Below, piece by piece: positions 23,044 through 34,800 of a stretch of 64,000 nucleotides of DNA. The DNA comes from Amphiscolops sp. MND2022 (taxonomy: Eukaryota), in contig OZ076409.1 in the NCBI GenBank assembly GCA_964187785.1, positions 18,292,001-18,356,000 of the forward strand, given 5' to 3'. The notes under the pieces are model-generated. The model made no database searches. It saw only the letters and a list, made by a program, of their open reading frames with translations, and was not told the DNA's origin. A program made the position numbers and the translations under genes. Each line of letters starts with the position of its first letter. Within the stretch, counting starts at the first letter, position 1.

Positions 23044-25387
23044 TGTCACGACCCGCTCCCGGTCGTGGGTGTGAATGGTGTTTCGCCCTAGGAAGAAGCA
23101 GAGGAAGAGGATACTGCAAGTACCATTAAAATACTGACTAAACTAATATAATTCTACTTACAGTGCAGCTAAGATTATTTCGTAGATTATTTTTTAGAAT
23201 AAGAATCTAACGTGCGCGTCGCGGAATATTTTGGGAAATGGATTTTAGCTAAAACTTCCGGTTAAAAGATTTCACGCTTAATAGATTTTTCATATCCGGT
23301 TAATCTTCTGAAGTTTGCCATACTGATCTAAATATCAAAATAGACATTTAACAACAGGGATTTTTCTTCGGTTCCACACTAAAATAAAACACATTTAAAA
23401 TCCCGCAATCCCAACGGAATCCATACGATCTAAAAGGAAAAAATACATAAAAGACAGAATTGTTTTGGTGTTTTCTGTGGTAAAGTAGTTGTCAATACCC
23501 ACTTAAGGCGCAATCAAGTGACTTAAGAGGGGATTTACAACGTAATGACAGCGTCACTCTACTGAGCTAAAATTAGATATTCCACTTTCGCGGACTAATA
23601 ACGTCACCTTCTCGGCAGAATTATTCTTAGCTAGCGCGAGCGGTATTGAATTCGGTTGCCCCTAGCAACGCCAATCAAAATAAGAGAGAAAGAATGAATT
23701 CGCCTACGCGTTCCGCTCGCTTTCTGTCCACTCTGACCTACTAGCTATAAGCAATCTTTATACGTACGTAGCAGTTACGTGGCGAATTGTAAAATTGTAG
23801 TCCACATCTCTGCTATAAACAATCTTAATACATACGAAGCGTTTGCGGAGTGATTTGAAAACATATAATTAGGGAAGAATGGAACAAATGAAAGTTTAGG
23901 AGAATTTTTCCTGGTTCATTATTAGCTAAGGAATTTCTTGATTAAGTTTTAAAGGAAAACAGCTGCTCTGTAAGGAAGAATTATGAGAAGAACAAAATAG
24001 TAATGTCCTGAATCCTATACTAATTTACTACGCCATTGCAGTACTTCTTAAATACTATATTACGGAGTGTACCCGTAATTCTTGCCAATACCTTTTGCAG
24101 TTTATAGTCAATTGATGGTGATGAATTTTGCGCTAATCCTCGTAAACTTACGTTATGTTTTCTATACGATAAAAGCTGTACTACTCAGGACCTAATTCCA
24201 AGTCACGAAGTGTATACGTAAATTATACTGATGCCTGTCTGATGCTAATTTTATAACCTAACCCTAAATATAATGATGAATGAATGATCCCAAAAGCAAT
24301 TTCGGATTTGTACCAGTTTTAAAATGCCTTTGTTACATTGTTTTATTCTTGTGCTATTGCAGTTAGTTAGTATTTGGGACATGAAACGGAGTATTCCCGT
24401 AACCCAAGTCAATTTTTACGTTGAATTTCATGTTTGTTGTATACCGAAGTCAGTTTGTTTTAATGTCCATTAGCATCATTTGTCTCTCATTTCAAATATT
24501 CTCAACGGCGAATTTTCAGCGACGTATCGTTTTCGTCGCCATTTTTGAACATCATCTTTTTCCTTAAAATTCCAACTCCTTGAGTTGAATATTGACTAAT
24601 AGTTCACGCCGGCGTGCTTGCGCCGATGAAAATGTCAGTTAGATTTCTATTTTACCGCGCTTTTGAAGACCAAACAGGAAATGGATTATCTGAACAAAAA
24701 TGATTTCAACAAAGTCTCACGGAATGTTAACGCAACTAGGAATTTCGATACCTGAATTTACAACGCCAGACTGAAATAATTTGAATCATCGGCGAATTTT
24801 GTTGAACAAACCCGATTTTTAGGATTCCTAGGAATTTTTAGGTGAGGAACAAATGATGCTAAGAAGGTATAAATATGTAGAGAGGACATGTATTTTTAGT
24901 TGATCTTGAATTTGTTTCAAAACTTTGTTGTTCGTTGTAATTACGAAAACTCAAAATTTCTTTGAAGAATTTAATTCTTGCCAAAGATTCTGATACCTCA
25001 ACGTTAAAATGACGACAAGGAGCCAGAAGAGAAAAGCTATAGCTGAGTTAGCGTCGGGAGATTTTGAAGCTTCTCTAGCTGAAAATAACTCTACTGAGGA
25101 CCTGATACCTAGTTCTAGTAAAAACCCTAGACTTGAACTTGAGAATCTGGAAGAAATAAAAACAACTCTGAGAAAAGAGATAATGACTGATCTAACAAAA
25201 ATATTAGCTGAAAATCAAAAGGAAATGCTTAAATTAATAGCACCTGCGAGCAAGAAACGTTCAGTTAATCCGAACATGCAAGATTCTGATTCTGACCAAG
25301 AAAACATCTCTGTAGCAAGAACGTCCACCCCAGTCAAAACTCAAACTGCGACTAGTTCTAAAACAACACCGAATAATAGTCGTAACA
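23044..25387 (+). repeat. 5' LTR (2344 bp)
   Basis: TGTCACG...CGTAACA. No differences from 37244-39587 were seen in the stretches compared by eye. Confidence 0.97.
24868..24875 (+). promoter_or_regulatory. Candidate LTR TATA box
   Basis: TATAAATA with an Inr-like TTAGTT ~30 nt downstream, 140 nt before the gag ATG. Confidence 0.5.
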
Positions 25388-26421
25388 TGGTGACAGGAGT
25401 CCTCAATGATTCCACTAACCAACCCACCAAAAGACCAAAAGCACAACGTATACTCAGCGAACAACCAAAAGACCGACCATCCACGTCAAAGATACTGTTC
25501 GCGCCACAAACGCAGACGTTCCCATCTGCCCACCCACTTCCGATGCCGAAAGCCCTCACAGCTTCGCTTCCGGTTTTCGATGGTAAGTCCGAAAAGTTTG
25601 AACTGTTTGAGGACTTGTTCCGAAACAATATTAAAATGTATCCCCACTTGACGGAAATCCAAAAAATCAACTATTTCCACTCATTACTACGCGGGAACGC
25701 ACTTCAAGCGTACTGCAACTTAGACGACACTAAAAAAGACAATCTGGAAGAAGTCATAACGGCTTTCAAACGACGTTTTGGCGATTTTCAATCCTCAGCC
25801 AAAGCAAGATGCGAGTGGGACGCACTCCACTTTGACCCCACCAAACAAAAACTACACGAATTCCTTGATGTCCTACAAAAAACCGCCAAAGAAGCGTTTG
25901 GCTCTGAAGCACAGAAATTCATCGACAACGCAATCTATGCCAAAATGCCCGACCACGTAAAAAAGATACTCAACAGGGCATACTTGGAGGATAAACCCTA
26001 CAATGATATAATTCTCCACCTCGAACGGGAAATGCGATTAAACGGACTAGGAGCGCCCGATGAAACCACCCTAGTCCCTCTCAACACAGTGGACGCTGTA
26101 GTGACGGAAGACAAAAAAAACCAACAACAACAACGAGGCCATTGTTTCCACTGCGGAAAATACGGCCACTATAAAGCACAGTGTCGCAGGCTCCAGAGAG
26201 AACGCTACAACAACGCCAAACCTCCTACCAAAGACTTAAACCAAAACGAAGCCCCCAAACCCAAGTGCAATACATGCGGAAAAATGCACAAAACCGAGAA
26301 TTGTTGGAACGGAGCAAATGCGGCAAATGACCCCAGACGAAAGAAGAGGGAATTCACCATCCCCACGGACAAAATTAGTGACGCCCCTGTCCCCACCGCC
26401 AACACCCAAACAAAAAACTAA
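25009..26421 (+). CDS. gag: Gag (470 aa), initiating inside the 5' LTR
   Basis: Capsid-like region LPVFDGKSEKFELFEDLF and zinc knuckles CFHCGKYGHYKAQC and CNTCGKMHKTENC. The first 126 codons lie in the LTR. Confidence 0.95.
   Translation: MTTRSQKRKAIAELASGDFEASLAENNSTEDLIPSSSKNPRLELENLEEIKTTLRKEIMTDLTKILAENQKEMLKLIAPASKKRSVNPNMQDSDSDQENISVARTSTPVKTQTATSSKTTPNNSRNMVTGVLNDSTNQPTKRPKAQRILSEQPKDRPSTSKILFAPQTQTFPSAHPLPMPKALTASLPVFDGKSEKFELFEDLFRNNIKMYPHLTEIQKINYFHSLLRGNALQAYCNLDDTKKDNLEEVITAFKRRFGDFQSSAKARCEWDALHFDPTKQKLHEFLDVLQKTAKEAFGSEAQKFIDNAIYAKMPDHVKKILNRAYLEDKPYNDIILHLEREMRLNGLGAPDETTLVPLNTVDAVVTEDKKNQQQQRGHCFHCGKYGHYKAQCRRLQRERYNNAKPPTKDLNQNEAPKPKCNTCGKMHKTENCWNGANAANDPRRKKREFTIPTDKISDAPVPTANTQTKN
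25388..25400 (+). promoter_or_regulatory. Primer-binding site, probably tRNA-Leu type
   Basis: TGGTGACAGGAGT lies directly after the LTR and matches 12/13 of the TGGTGTCAGGAGT complement of animal tRNA-Leu(CAG) 3' ends. The host tRNA sequence is not available. Confidence 0.7.
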
Positions 26422-26465
26422 AATCGCCGCGTCTACGGTTCGGGGAAAAAGTAGACGCGAGGGCG
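26412..26465 (+). promoter_or_regulatory. -1 programmed ribosomal frameshift signal (gag to pol)
   Basis: A AAA AAC heptamer (26412-26418) just before the gag stop, followed by a perfect 9-bp stem CGCGTCTAC (26428-26436)/GTAGACGCG (26451-26459). The -1 frame is open into pol. Confidence 0.85.
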
Positions 26466-29400
26466 TACACCATCGAAGACCCCCCAAACAGATACGAGGA
26501 AGATTTTTTCACAGAATGCAACGAAGAACCGACACAGGACTGGCAACGTCGTTGGAACGTAGGCATGATCCTTAGACACAATGCACGACATCCAGACGAC
26601 CCAATACCACTACCCCAATGGATAACGGAGTCGCCCGACAATTATGCCACACTGAAACGACCTCTGCCAGAATCCAAAACTGAACGAACATACATATATG
26701 ACGTGGACTACAGATGTGATCCTTGGGACAACCCCCACATATATGACCACAACAAACTTGCTTTCAAAATCCAAATACCAAACCCACAGCCCCAGCCCAA
26801 AGAAACACATCACTTTCCACCACCGCCCTCCCCAATATTGAAGAATCCAGGACCCTCCCCAACAGTGCCCGTCACCGTCACGTCCACACCGATCAATGCC
26901 GAAAACATCATATGCATTGAAGACAAAACAATATGGTCACGACAAGCAAGAGAACAACGAGAAAACACCGCTTCGCTCTCGCCATCACCACAAACCGCAC
27001 CAGCCACAGCAATAGCCGTCGAAGACGAAGAAATAACAGAAGGTCACCCAACACTACCAGAAGATCTAGATGTCATCAAAGAATTCATACAACATGACAA
27101 AAATGACGACTACATCCCGCTAATGTCAGCAATTACACTGAAAAAGAAAAAACGAATGCTTTTCCTACCAGTAGACTTCAATTCCGTCAAAATAGACGCC
27201 CTCGTCGACTCAGGTGCATACATCAACGCCATTAGTGAAAGGGACGCCGAAAAACTCCGACAACATGCAAACCAGTGCATCATACACAAGGCACCCCCAC
27301 CCCCTTTCAAGGTACAATATGCTAATGCCGAACTTGAGCAACCTCTGGCAACGTATACATTACGTTTCAAAATTGGCAACTATACCTTTGAGGAAACGTT
27401 CATTGTCATGAACCAGATGTCTTTCCCCATCATCGGACTAGCATTCCTACGGAAACATGCCGCAATTCTTGACACTGCGCAGGGAACAATTGACTTCCCG
27501 AAGATTCAAATTACGATGGCACTCACAGACGAAATGCAAAAATGCAATCTGAAACCTATCACCATTAAAACGGAAGCGAAACATACTATACCAGCACAAG
27601 CAACGCGAATAATATACGCAGTGCTACCCGTGACGACAGAACACACCATCACAGGGACAATCCAGCCCCTACCACAATTCGACGAAAACTCAAAACTAAT
27701 AGTAGCCCCAGCAATCACAACAGCCAGAAGCAAGAAAGTAGCAATCAAGGTCGCCAACACAACAGACTTCCCCTACACGATAGCTCCAGACACCAAGATC
27801 GCGGAACTACAAATCCTCAAACCAGAAGAAACGAAACTGATACGGCCTGTGGACATCGCTGCACTCAACCTCCTAACAGAGCACGATGATGTCGTCACAT
27901 ACATCAACGCACTTATGCAAGTCGACAAACCCGAAGATATTGAAGAAAAATTCTGGTTCCCAACCCCGGACAACCCTGGCAATGAACAAGAACACACCAC
28001 CATACAAAAACGAATTTTGAAAGAACTACGAGAACTTGCCGAACTAGAAAAACTAGACCCAACTGAAAACGCCGAATCTCGACACAAATTCCTTTCGTTA
28101 TTCAAATGGACTGACTCACTAATTACGGGCAAAGACCGTGAAAGCCTTGAAACCACACTAGTCGAATTTAACGATATATTTGCCCGCCACCGTCTCGACA
28201 TCGGAATGAACACGCAATTCAAAGTCAGCCTCACACCAAGAGATGATAAACCAGTATACACCCAGAGTCTACCAGTCCCAATCAATCTCAAAGAAGACCT
28301 GACAGTAGAGCTGGCACTCATGCACAAATACGGCATCATCACGACACTCCCCTTCTCCAAGTACGCCAGTCCTATATTTGCGCAACGAAAACCCAACGGC
28401 AAACTGAGACTCCTGGTGGATCTGCGCAAAATCAACGCACTCATAGCAGATGACTACATCAACAACAACCACCCCGTCAGCACCCTCTCAGACGCGGCAC
28501 AACACCTAGCTGGAAAAAAACTTTTCTGCAAACTCGACTGCTCCCAAGCGTACCACTGCCTTCAAATGGCAGATCAAAGGTCAGTAGAATTACTTGCTTT
28601 TAACTTTGCTAGTAGAACGTTCGCCTATCGGCGCCTAGCCCAAGGACTAAGTAGAGCCCTCTCAGCCTTCTCAAGCTTCATGCGAGAATACCTCGACGCA
28701 GTCATCAAAGCAGATCAGTGTGCACAGTATGTAGATGACATTGGTATTGCCGCAAATACGACGGAACAACTCATCAAGAACATTCGGGCAGTTTTCAAAT
28801 GCATCAGACAAGCAGGCCTGAAATTGACAATCGAAAAATGTCATTTCGGAGTCACACAAGTTGAATTCCTCGGCAGAACCATCACCCCAGACGGAATAGC
28901 ACCGCAAGACCAGAAAGTCAAAAACTTCCTTTCTAAAGTCCGATTCCCCAAGTCCAAAAAACAGGTTCAAAAATACATCGGATTCGTCAATTATTATCGC
29001 AATTACATACCCCGCCTGTCCGAAAAACTCATAGGCATGTACGAACTCCTAAAGGCCGACACCAAGATCAAAATATCCGAAGAACTCGTCGACAACTTCA
29101 AAGAAATCAATGACAGCCTAGCAGAAGCATGTGGCCTCGCGCTCCGACAGCCCCTAGCAGGAAAGCAATACGTTCTCATGACAGATGCAAGTTTTCGCGC
29201 ATCAGGCTATGCCCTCATGATAGAAGAAAACGATGAAAAGAAAATACTATCCAAAAAGAAAACCTTCGCACCTGTCGCGTTTGGATCCCGTGTTTTCTCA
29301 CCAGCACAACTGAAAATGTCAATCTATTGCAAAGAATTCCTAGCCATATATCACGCTTTCCTCGAATACAGCCATATATTATGGGAAGCGACAATACCGA

Positions 29401-31667
29401 CGCTAGTTTTAACCGACAATCGTTCGGTCACACGATTTTTCCAAACGAAAACTACACCACCTGCACTTTGGAATGCCTGCGACTATGTGCTCCAATTTAA
29501 TTTCCGCATCATGCACGTAGCAGGATCACAAAATACGGCAGCAGACTTCCTCTCAAGACTTGAACTCACACCTAAAGAGAAAGTACAACTGAAATTACGA
29601 GACGACATACTTACGGCACCGATAGAGGTAAACCTACAATCATCGGATGTAGCGGATGAAGAACAACTTTTCTTCCTCCCAGATGAAGAGGAAGAATCAG
29701 AACAAGAAATCTTCGCTAGGAAAGCCCTCAGCAAACAACGAGCCAACGACGAACATGAAAAAAATCTTTCTACCAAAGTCACCGAAGTCATCAAAATACC
29801 CCTCAACTCCGCAGTATATGCATTCGGAGCGACCAAAGAAAACGCACGAATCAGAAACGAACAGGATGCAGACCCCCTACTGAAAGCGTTAAAACAACGG
29901 GTGTCGCACGAAGAATACGACAAACACCTACTAAAGACTGAACCACGAGGACGCCACCTACTGCGCCACGAAGAAAGAATCATCATGAAAGATGGGGTAC
30001 TAATGCGCAAATACTACGGTGAGGACGGATCAGTCACGCACAATCAAGTCATCATTCCTAAACACCTTGTACCAGAACTCCTATCAACACTACATGGCAA
30101 GACAAACAAACATCCAGGAATAACAAAGATGATACAAGAATGCCGAGCCAAATACTATTTCCCGGGACTCGCACGAAAAATCCGCGCCTGGGTTACCAGT
30201 TGCCCAGACTGCATTGCCAACAAAAGAATCGACACGCGACAGATACGTCCCAAAATGTTGAGCAACACTGAATTCACATTGGGACCAGAAGATTGCCTAG
30301 AAGTAGATATACTACCAAATCTACCATCCTCCAATGGATATCAGCACATCGTCACGATGATGGATGTCTTCTCTCGTTATCTTTTCGCATACCCGACACA
30401 GGACATGACAGCAAAAACAGTCGCACGCTGCATAATAGACGTTATGACACGACACTGCTACCTACCGACAGTTATATTAACAGATAAAGGATCACAATTC
30501 AGATCAGAAATAGTCGACCAAATAGCACGAACACTCGATATACGAATAAGCCACGCAACGACGAAACACGCTCAAACCATTGGCATCCTAGAAAGGACCC
30601 ATGCCTCTTTAAAAACCTCCCTAAAGATATCGACGGGAGAACGACGATCCATGTGGCACAAATATGTCCAAATAGCAGTCATGAATTACAATACAAGTTA
30701 CCATGAAAGTTTAGGATGCGAACCTACAACAGTGTTCCACGGACGCATCCCGTATAACATCCTAGACATCAAACTGGGACTAAAGCCGGAATGGAAAAAA
30801 GACAACAACGACGAACTAACGGATCAACTACAGAAGCAGATAGCTGAGATACAACAAGCAGCTAAAGACAACCTCATGCAGTCATATCTCAAGTACAAAC
30901 AATACTACGACAAGAAAGCGACCGCAACGCCACTCAAAGTGAATGACTACTGCTACGTCTTGAATCCGAAAGCTGACAACCAGTCAATGAAATTCGCTTT
31001 CAAAGATTGCATCTGGACGGGTCCGTACATAATCGTCAAAGTACTGTCCAACAACAACTACGTCGTACGCCGCACGGGAACCCGCTACACGCAAACCCTC
31101 CATAGAATTCGCCTAAGGCTATATGCGCCCAATCAGCGAGTACCTGACGTAACAGTCAGAAGGGAAGATTACCTTCCAGATCCAGAGGTTAAAACAACCC
31201 ACAATGATTGGTACGCGCAAGCTTGGGAAACCGAATTCGGAGAAGTTCTGTTCGGAGACACAACGGAAAATGCCAAAGAAGAAACTACAATCACAGAGAT
31301 CACAGATACAATCGAAAATGACGAACCTACAACGCAAGATGACGTGGTTCAAACAACCACAAGCGAGATTACAACAAAAAATGACGTGGCTCAAACAGCC
31401 ACAAATGAAACAGCCGAAGGAGACAAAACACCCCCCGACAACGTAACGTCATTTAATCTGGATGTCAGTGACAATCCCTATATACTAACACCACCGCCTC
31501 TAGAAAGCCCGCCCAAAACGCCTGAACTACCGCCTATAGTCGTTGGATATAACCCTAGGAAAGTAGGTCGATACAATCTGAGACCTAATCCGAGACCTAA
31601 CGTGAATCCTGACTTCAGAATGCTAGACTCAGCTACGACGGAAGAACTACGTCAAACTCACGCCTAG
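26412..31667 (+). CDS. pol: Pol polyprotein: protease, dUTPase-like linker, RT, RNase H, integrase (1700 aa from ATG 26565; frame open from the frameshift site)
   Basis: Motifs LVDSGA, KLDCSQAY and YVDD, TDAS..DFLSR, HGKTNKHPG..CPDC, DVFSRY, TDKGSQF and ILERTH. No internal stops. Confidence 0.98.
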   Translation, partial: KKLKSPRLRFGEKVDARAYTIEDPPNRYEEDFFTECNEEPTQDWQRRWNVGMILRHNARHPDDPIPLPQWITESPDNYATLKRPLPESKTERTYIYDVDYRCDPWDNPHIYDHNKLAFKIQIPNPQPQPKETHHFPPPPSPILKNPGPSPTVPVTVTSTPINAENIICIEDKTIWSRQAREQRENTASLSPSPQTAPATAIAVEDEEITEGHPTLPEDLDVIKEFIQHDKNDDYIPLMSAITLKKKKRMLFLPVDFNSVKIDALVDSGAYINAISERDAEKLRQHANQCIIHKAPPPPFKVQYANAELEQPLATYTLRFKIGNYTFEETFIVMNQMSFPIIGLAFLRKHAAILDTAQGTIDFPKIQITMALTDEMQKCNLKPITIKTEAKHTIPAQATRIIYAVLPVTTEHTITGTIQPLPQFDENSKLIVAPAITTARSKKVAIKVANTTDFPYTIAPDTKIAELQILKPEETKLIRPVDIAALNLLTEHDDVVTYINALMQVDKPEDIEEKFWFPTPDNPGNEQEHTTIQKRILKELRELAELEKLDPTENAESRHKFLSLFKWTDSLITGKDRESLETTLVEFNDIFARHRLDIGMNTQFKVSLTPRDDKPVYTQSLPVPINLKEDLTVELALMHKYGIITTLPFSKYASPIFAQRKPNGKLRLLVDLRKINALIADDYINNNHPVSTLSDAAQHLAGKKLFCKLDCSQAYHCLQMADQRSVELLAFNFASRTFAYRRLAQGLSRALSAFSSFMREYLDAVIKADQCAQYVDDIGIAANTTEQLIKNIRAVFKCIRQAGLKLTIEKCHFGVTQVEFLGRTITPDGIAPQDQKVKNFLSKVRFPKSKKQVQKYIGFVNYYRNYIPRLSEKLIGMYELLKADTKIKISEELVDNFKEINDSLAEACGLALRQPLAGKQYVLMTDASFRASGYALMIEENDEKKILSKKKTFAPVAFGSRVFSPAQLKMSIYCKEFLAIYHAFLEYSHILWEATIPTLVLTDNRSVTRFFQTKTTPPALWNACDYVLQFNFRIMHVAGSQNTAADFLSRLELTPKEKVQLKLRDDILTAPIEVNLQSSDVADEEQLFFLPDEEEESEQEIFARKALSKQRANDEHEKNLSTKVTEVIKIPLNSAVYAFGATKENARIRNEQDADPLLKALKQRVSHEEYDKHLLKTEPRGRHLLRHEERIIMKDGVLMRKYYGEDGSVTHNQVIIPKHLVPELLSTLHGKTNKHPGITKMIQECRAKYYFPGLARKIRAWVTSCPDCIANKRIDTRQIRPKMLSNTEFTLGPEDCLEVDILPNLPSSNGYQHIVTMMDVFSRYLFAYPTQDMTAKTVARCIIDVMTRHCYLPTVILTDKGSQFRSEIVDQIARTLDIRISHATTKHAQTIGILERTHASLKTSLKISTGERRSMWHKYVQIAVMNYNTSYHESLGCEPTTVFHGRIPYNILDIKLGLKPEWKKDNNDELTDQLQKQIAEIQQAAKDNLMQSYLKYKQYYDKKATATPLKVNDYCYVLNPKADNQSMKFAFKDCIWTGPYIIVKVLSNNNYVVRRTGTRYTQTLHRIRLRLYAPNQRVPDVTVRREDYLPDPEVKTTHNDWYAQAWETEFGEVLFGDTTENAKEETTITEITDTIENDEPTTQDDVVQTTTSEITTKNDVAQTATNETAEGDKTPPDNVTSFNLDVSDNPYILTPPPLESPPKTPELPPIVVGYNPRKVGRYNLRPNPRPNVNPDFRMLDSATTEELRQTHA

Positions 31668-31815
31668 AACGAAAAGTTCCTCATGTCAAACCGAACCGGA
31701 GTGACTACGTTAATTATAACAAAAATACAAATAAAATACTAAAAACAACGCCAAAATATCATCAACAATAACAAACATCAAACAGTCTACAACTTATAAA
31801 TGTCTACTATCACAA

Positions 31816-34800
31816 TTATGCCACTCTATGGACAACATCGGGATCTCGTTCCTCACTGGAATCTTTCTTCCGCCCCTTCGTACCACTTTTTGGCTTCTTC
31901 GACTGTCCAGAATGACTAAACTGACTAGACACCTTTTTCACAGACTTTGACCCGGACGCACCACCATGTATCGTAGTACTCCCGCTCTTACTCTTCTTCG
32001 AGGCGGCGCTCACATTACTGCCAGTCTCCGATCCAGAAGTCCCGACACTGCCACGAGCACGTCTGTTCGCTTTATTGCACTCCACATAATACCTCTCTGA
32101 AGATTTGCGGCGTTCCAACAAAAATGTAGAATACAACTTGCGATAGTTGGCGATGAATGAGTCCACGCCAGGATCACAGTAATTCTTCCAGAGATCATAG
32201 CCAGGAGTAATATAAAAGATCCCTGCAGTAACGATGGCATCTCGAACAGCATCCAAAGTCACATCAGTAAAGAACACCTGATGCTCATACCCCGCACACA
32301 AAACGCACGATTGCACTAAGCGTACGCAATCATGGAAGACAGCTTTACTCAAAGCACAGCCGCTCAGGTCAAATGATACGGGAGGATACTGCACTGCGGG
32401 GACCCCAATTATAAGACAGCATAACTTCAGAACTCGGCACACTTCCGGACGAGCGACAAAGCTAAAGTCCTGCAGCAAATAGCGTACCACATCCGGGATC
32501 TCGCTGGCATTCACGTCAGACCCTTCGTGCCACCTCCTTTTCTCCACCACGTAACTGCTGAATTGGGCAATAGCAGCGTTGGAATCATCGGACGATAAAA
32601 TTCCACAGGAAACTAATACTCCAGTGAGATCCGCAAACAAGGTAAACACGGAATGGGCATCTCCCTCCAACAGAATCTCAGGACTGAAGCTGCAAAGGCC
32701 TTTCGCCACAACAGATGACACACTGGGACTGTTCAAAATGACAGTGACCAGCTGATCCAGGAAATCACGACAATATCTACGGAACTCCTGAGCCTCAGAC
32801 GTTTTTCCAGCGAGCAACTCACGACCGAAGTCACAATTGTCCAAGAAAGTCTCCATTGACGCAGCAGGGTATTCGGACATCTTCTTCACGTCCATGTACG
32901 CCTCCCAATCATGGATACCAGGCAATGACTCAATCTCCCGAGTCCGTAGAAGTAGACAGTACACAAAATGGCACAACTCACTGTAGCCATGGAAGCCGTA
33001 ATCCTTTCGTTGCTGACGCATCTTCTCAAAATTAATTTGAACTAAAACACCAGCAAAGGTTTACAAAGATAATACCGAACACTACAACCGAACACCAAAC
33101 GCAATCAGACAATAACAAACGACACAATCATACTGGATAGATACAAGCATCAATCGAGAACAACACCAATCAGCATCATACTTACAAGTGTCGAGAACAA
33201 ATCGTAACAGACCCAAACGCTGCACGATCATGTTATCAGCAATTAGATGCCAGTCTGTCCCCAACATCTGGAAAAGAACAAAAACACAATCCAGCCGACT
33301 ATAGCTACAAACAACACGTGATGCAAACGACACAGCAACCAATAAAAATACTAACAGTAGCTGATTTCCCACGTGCTTCGGGATTGACAGTGCAACGGAT
33401 GTACGGACGAATTGAAGGCCAAAGACTAATCAAGTCAGTCAATAACTCGCGATACTCATAGAACTCAACGGAGCCTCTTCGAAGACATCTGCACAGCACA
33501 ACCTTGTCCTCCGTCCACTCCTCGTAAACTGCATTCCGGAGCCGTTGAATCAAATACTCCACGATGGTAATAATATCTACCATCCCAAATATGTCCTGAT
33601 GGGCTTGACGCAGGAACTGAATGAAGGTCTCCTCATTGAACTCGTGGTACACAACAAAACGGCGACCATCCGAGCGATTACTGCCCATCACACTCAGCAA
33701 ACTGGGACTGGCACCACGAACAATCAACGGCAAATGCTTTGACTCCAGAACATGGATCACGCGGGACAAGGGTACCAACTCCGCATCAGGAACAGGTTGA
33801 TCAATAGGCTCACTCCCAACACACACTTTCTTCAACTGATTACTTTCCCAAAATAGGACGTAGCAACGCTCCACGAAGAGATCTTTCTCGAACTGAATAC
33901 TATACTCCTTGAACGTCGTTATCCCGTTAACCATCAGACGGAGGACTCGAGGAGCAAGCCCCTGACAGAGAAACGACTAAAATACAAACGCCACAATGAT
34001 TCGTTACACCTACGTCTGAAAAAAAAAAAAAGAAAAAAAAGAGGAAAAAAGAGAAAAAAAAAGGAAAAGAAAAGAGCAAAGAAGAAGAACACAATAACTC
34101 CAAAAGAAGAACACTATTGGAAACAACAAATAAAACCGGGAAATTATGAACTCTCAAACTCCAAACGATGAACAGGAAGACAAACACACCAAACACACAA
34201 CTTACCACGGATTCCGAACGACTCCAATGCAAAGTGAAATCAGCCTTCTGCTTGTCCAGTGACACACAAAAGTGACTCCAGAGTTGTCGCACCAGAGCAA
34301 AATCGCCCCCACAACGCAACAAATCACAGAGACAGCCCACAAAGGTCATGAAGGGAATTTTTGATTCCACGCGGGAGTGTTTCGGCAGGAGATCTTCAGG
34401 AAACGGGTACCCAGTACCCAGCTCAACGAAAGGCTTCGCGCGATATTCAGCAAGCTGTTCTTCACTTAGTTTCAAGGGCTCCATCAGTTTATTCAACACG
34501 GGCATGCCCATATGAACCCGGTATACGACGTCCTTGTCCCAGTGACTGTCAGACTGAAAATGCCGAGCAAACTCTCGAGACCCCTGCGATCCCATGGCCA
34601 CATCACGCTTACAGACCAGGCAATGAAAGTGAGTCCCGGCCCCTGTCTTTGATCCGCTCACGAAATCACGATATGCGGGATGCAACGATAACATGCGTTT
34701 GCTCAACATGTTCTTGCGACTGTACTTTTTGGCTTTTGTGCGACTGCCAGTGTGCGCGTCCATCCTCGCTTTCAACTCACTGAAACCTGCAACACACGAC

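Noticed and set aside
27110..31446. Multiple short ORFs overlapping pol on either strand
   Set aside because: They are shadow frames of the long pol ORF with no independent motifs.
31730..31735. AATAAA just after the pol stop as a separate polyadenylation site
   Set aside because: A single hexamer in an A-rich tract is insufficient evidence without 3'-end data.
33927..34205. Hydrophobic Phe-rich tail of ORF 33927-34928 suggesting an env-like membrane protein
   Set aside because: It is translation of a poly-T intron (34205-33977). The spliced product has no such segment.
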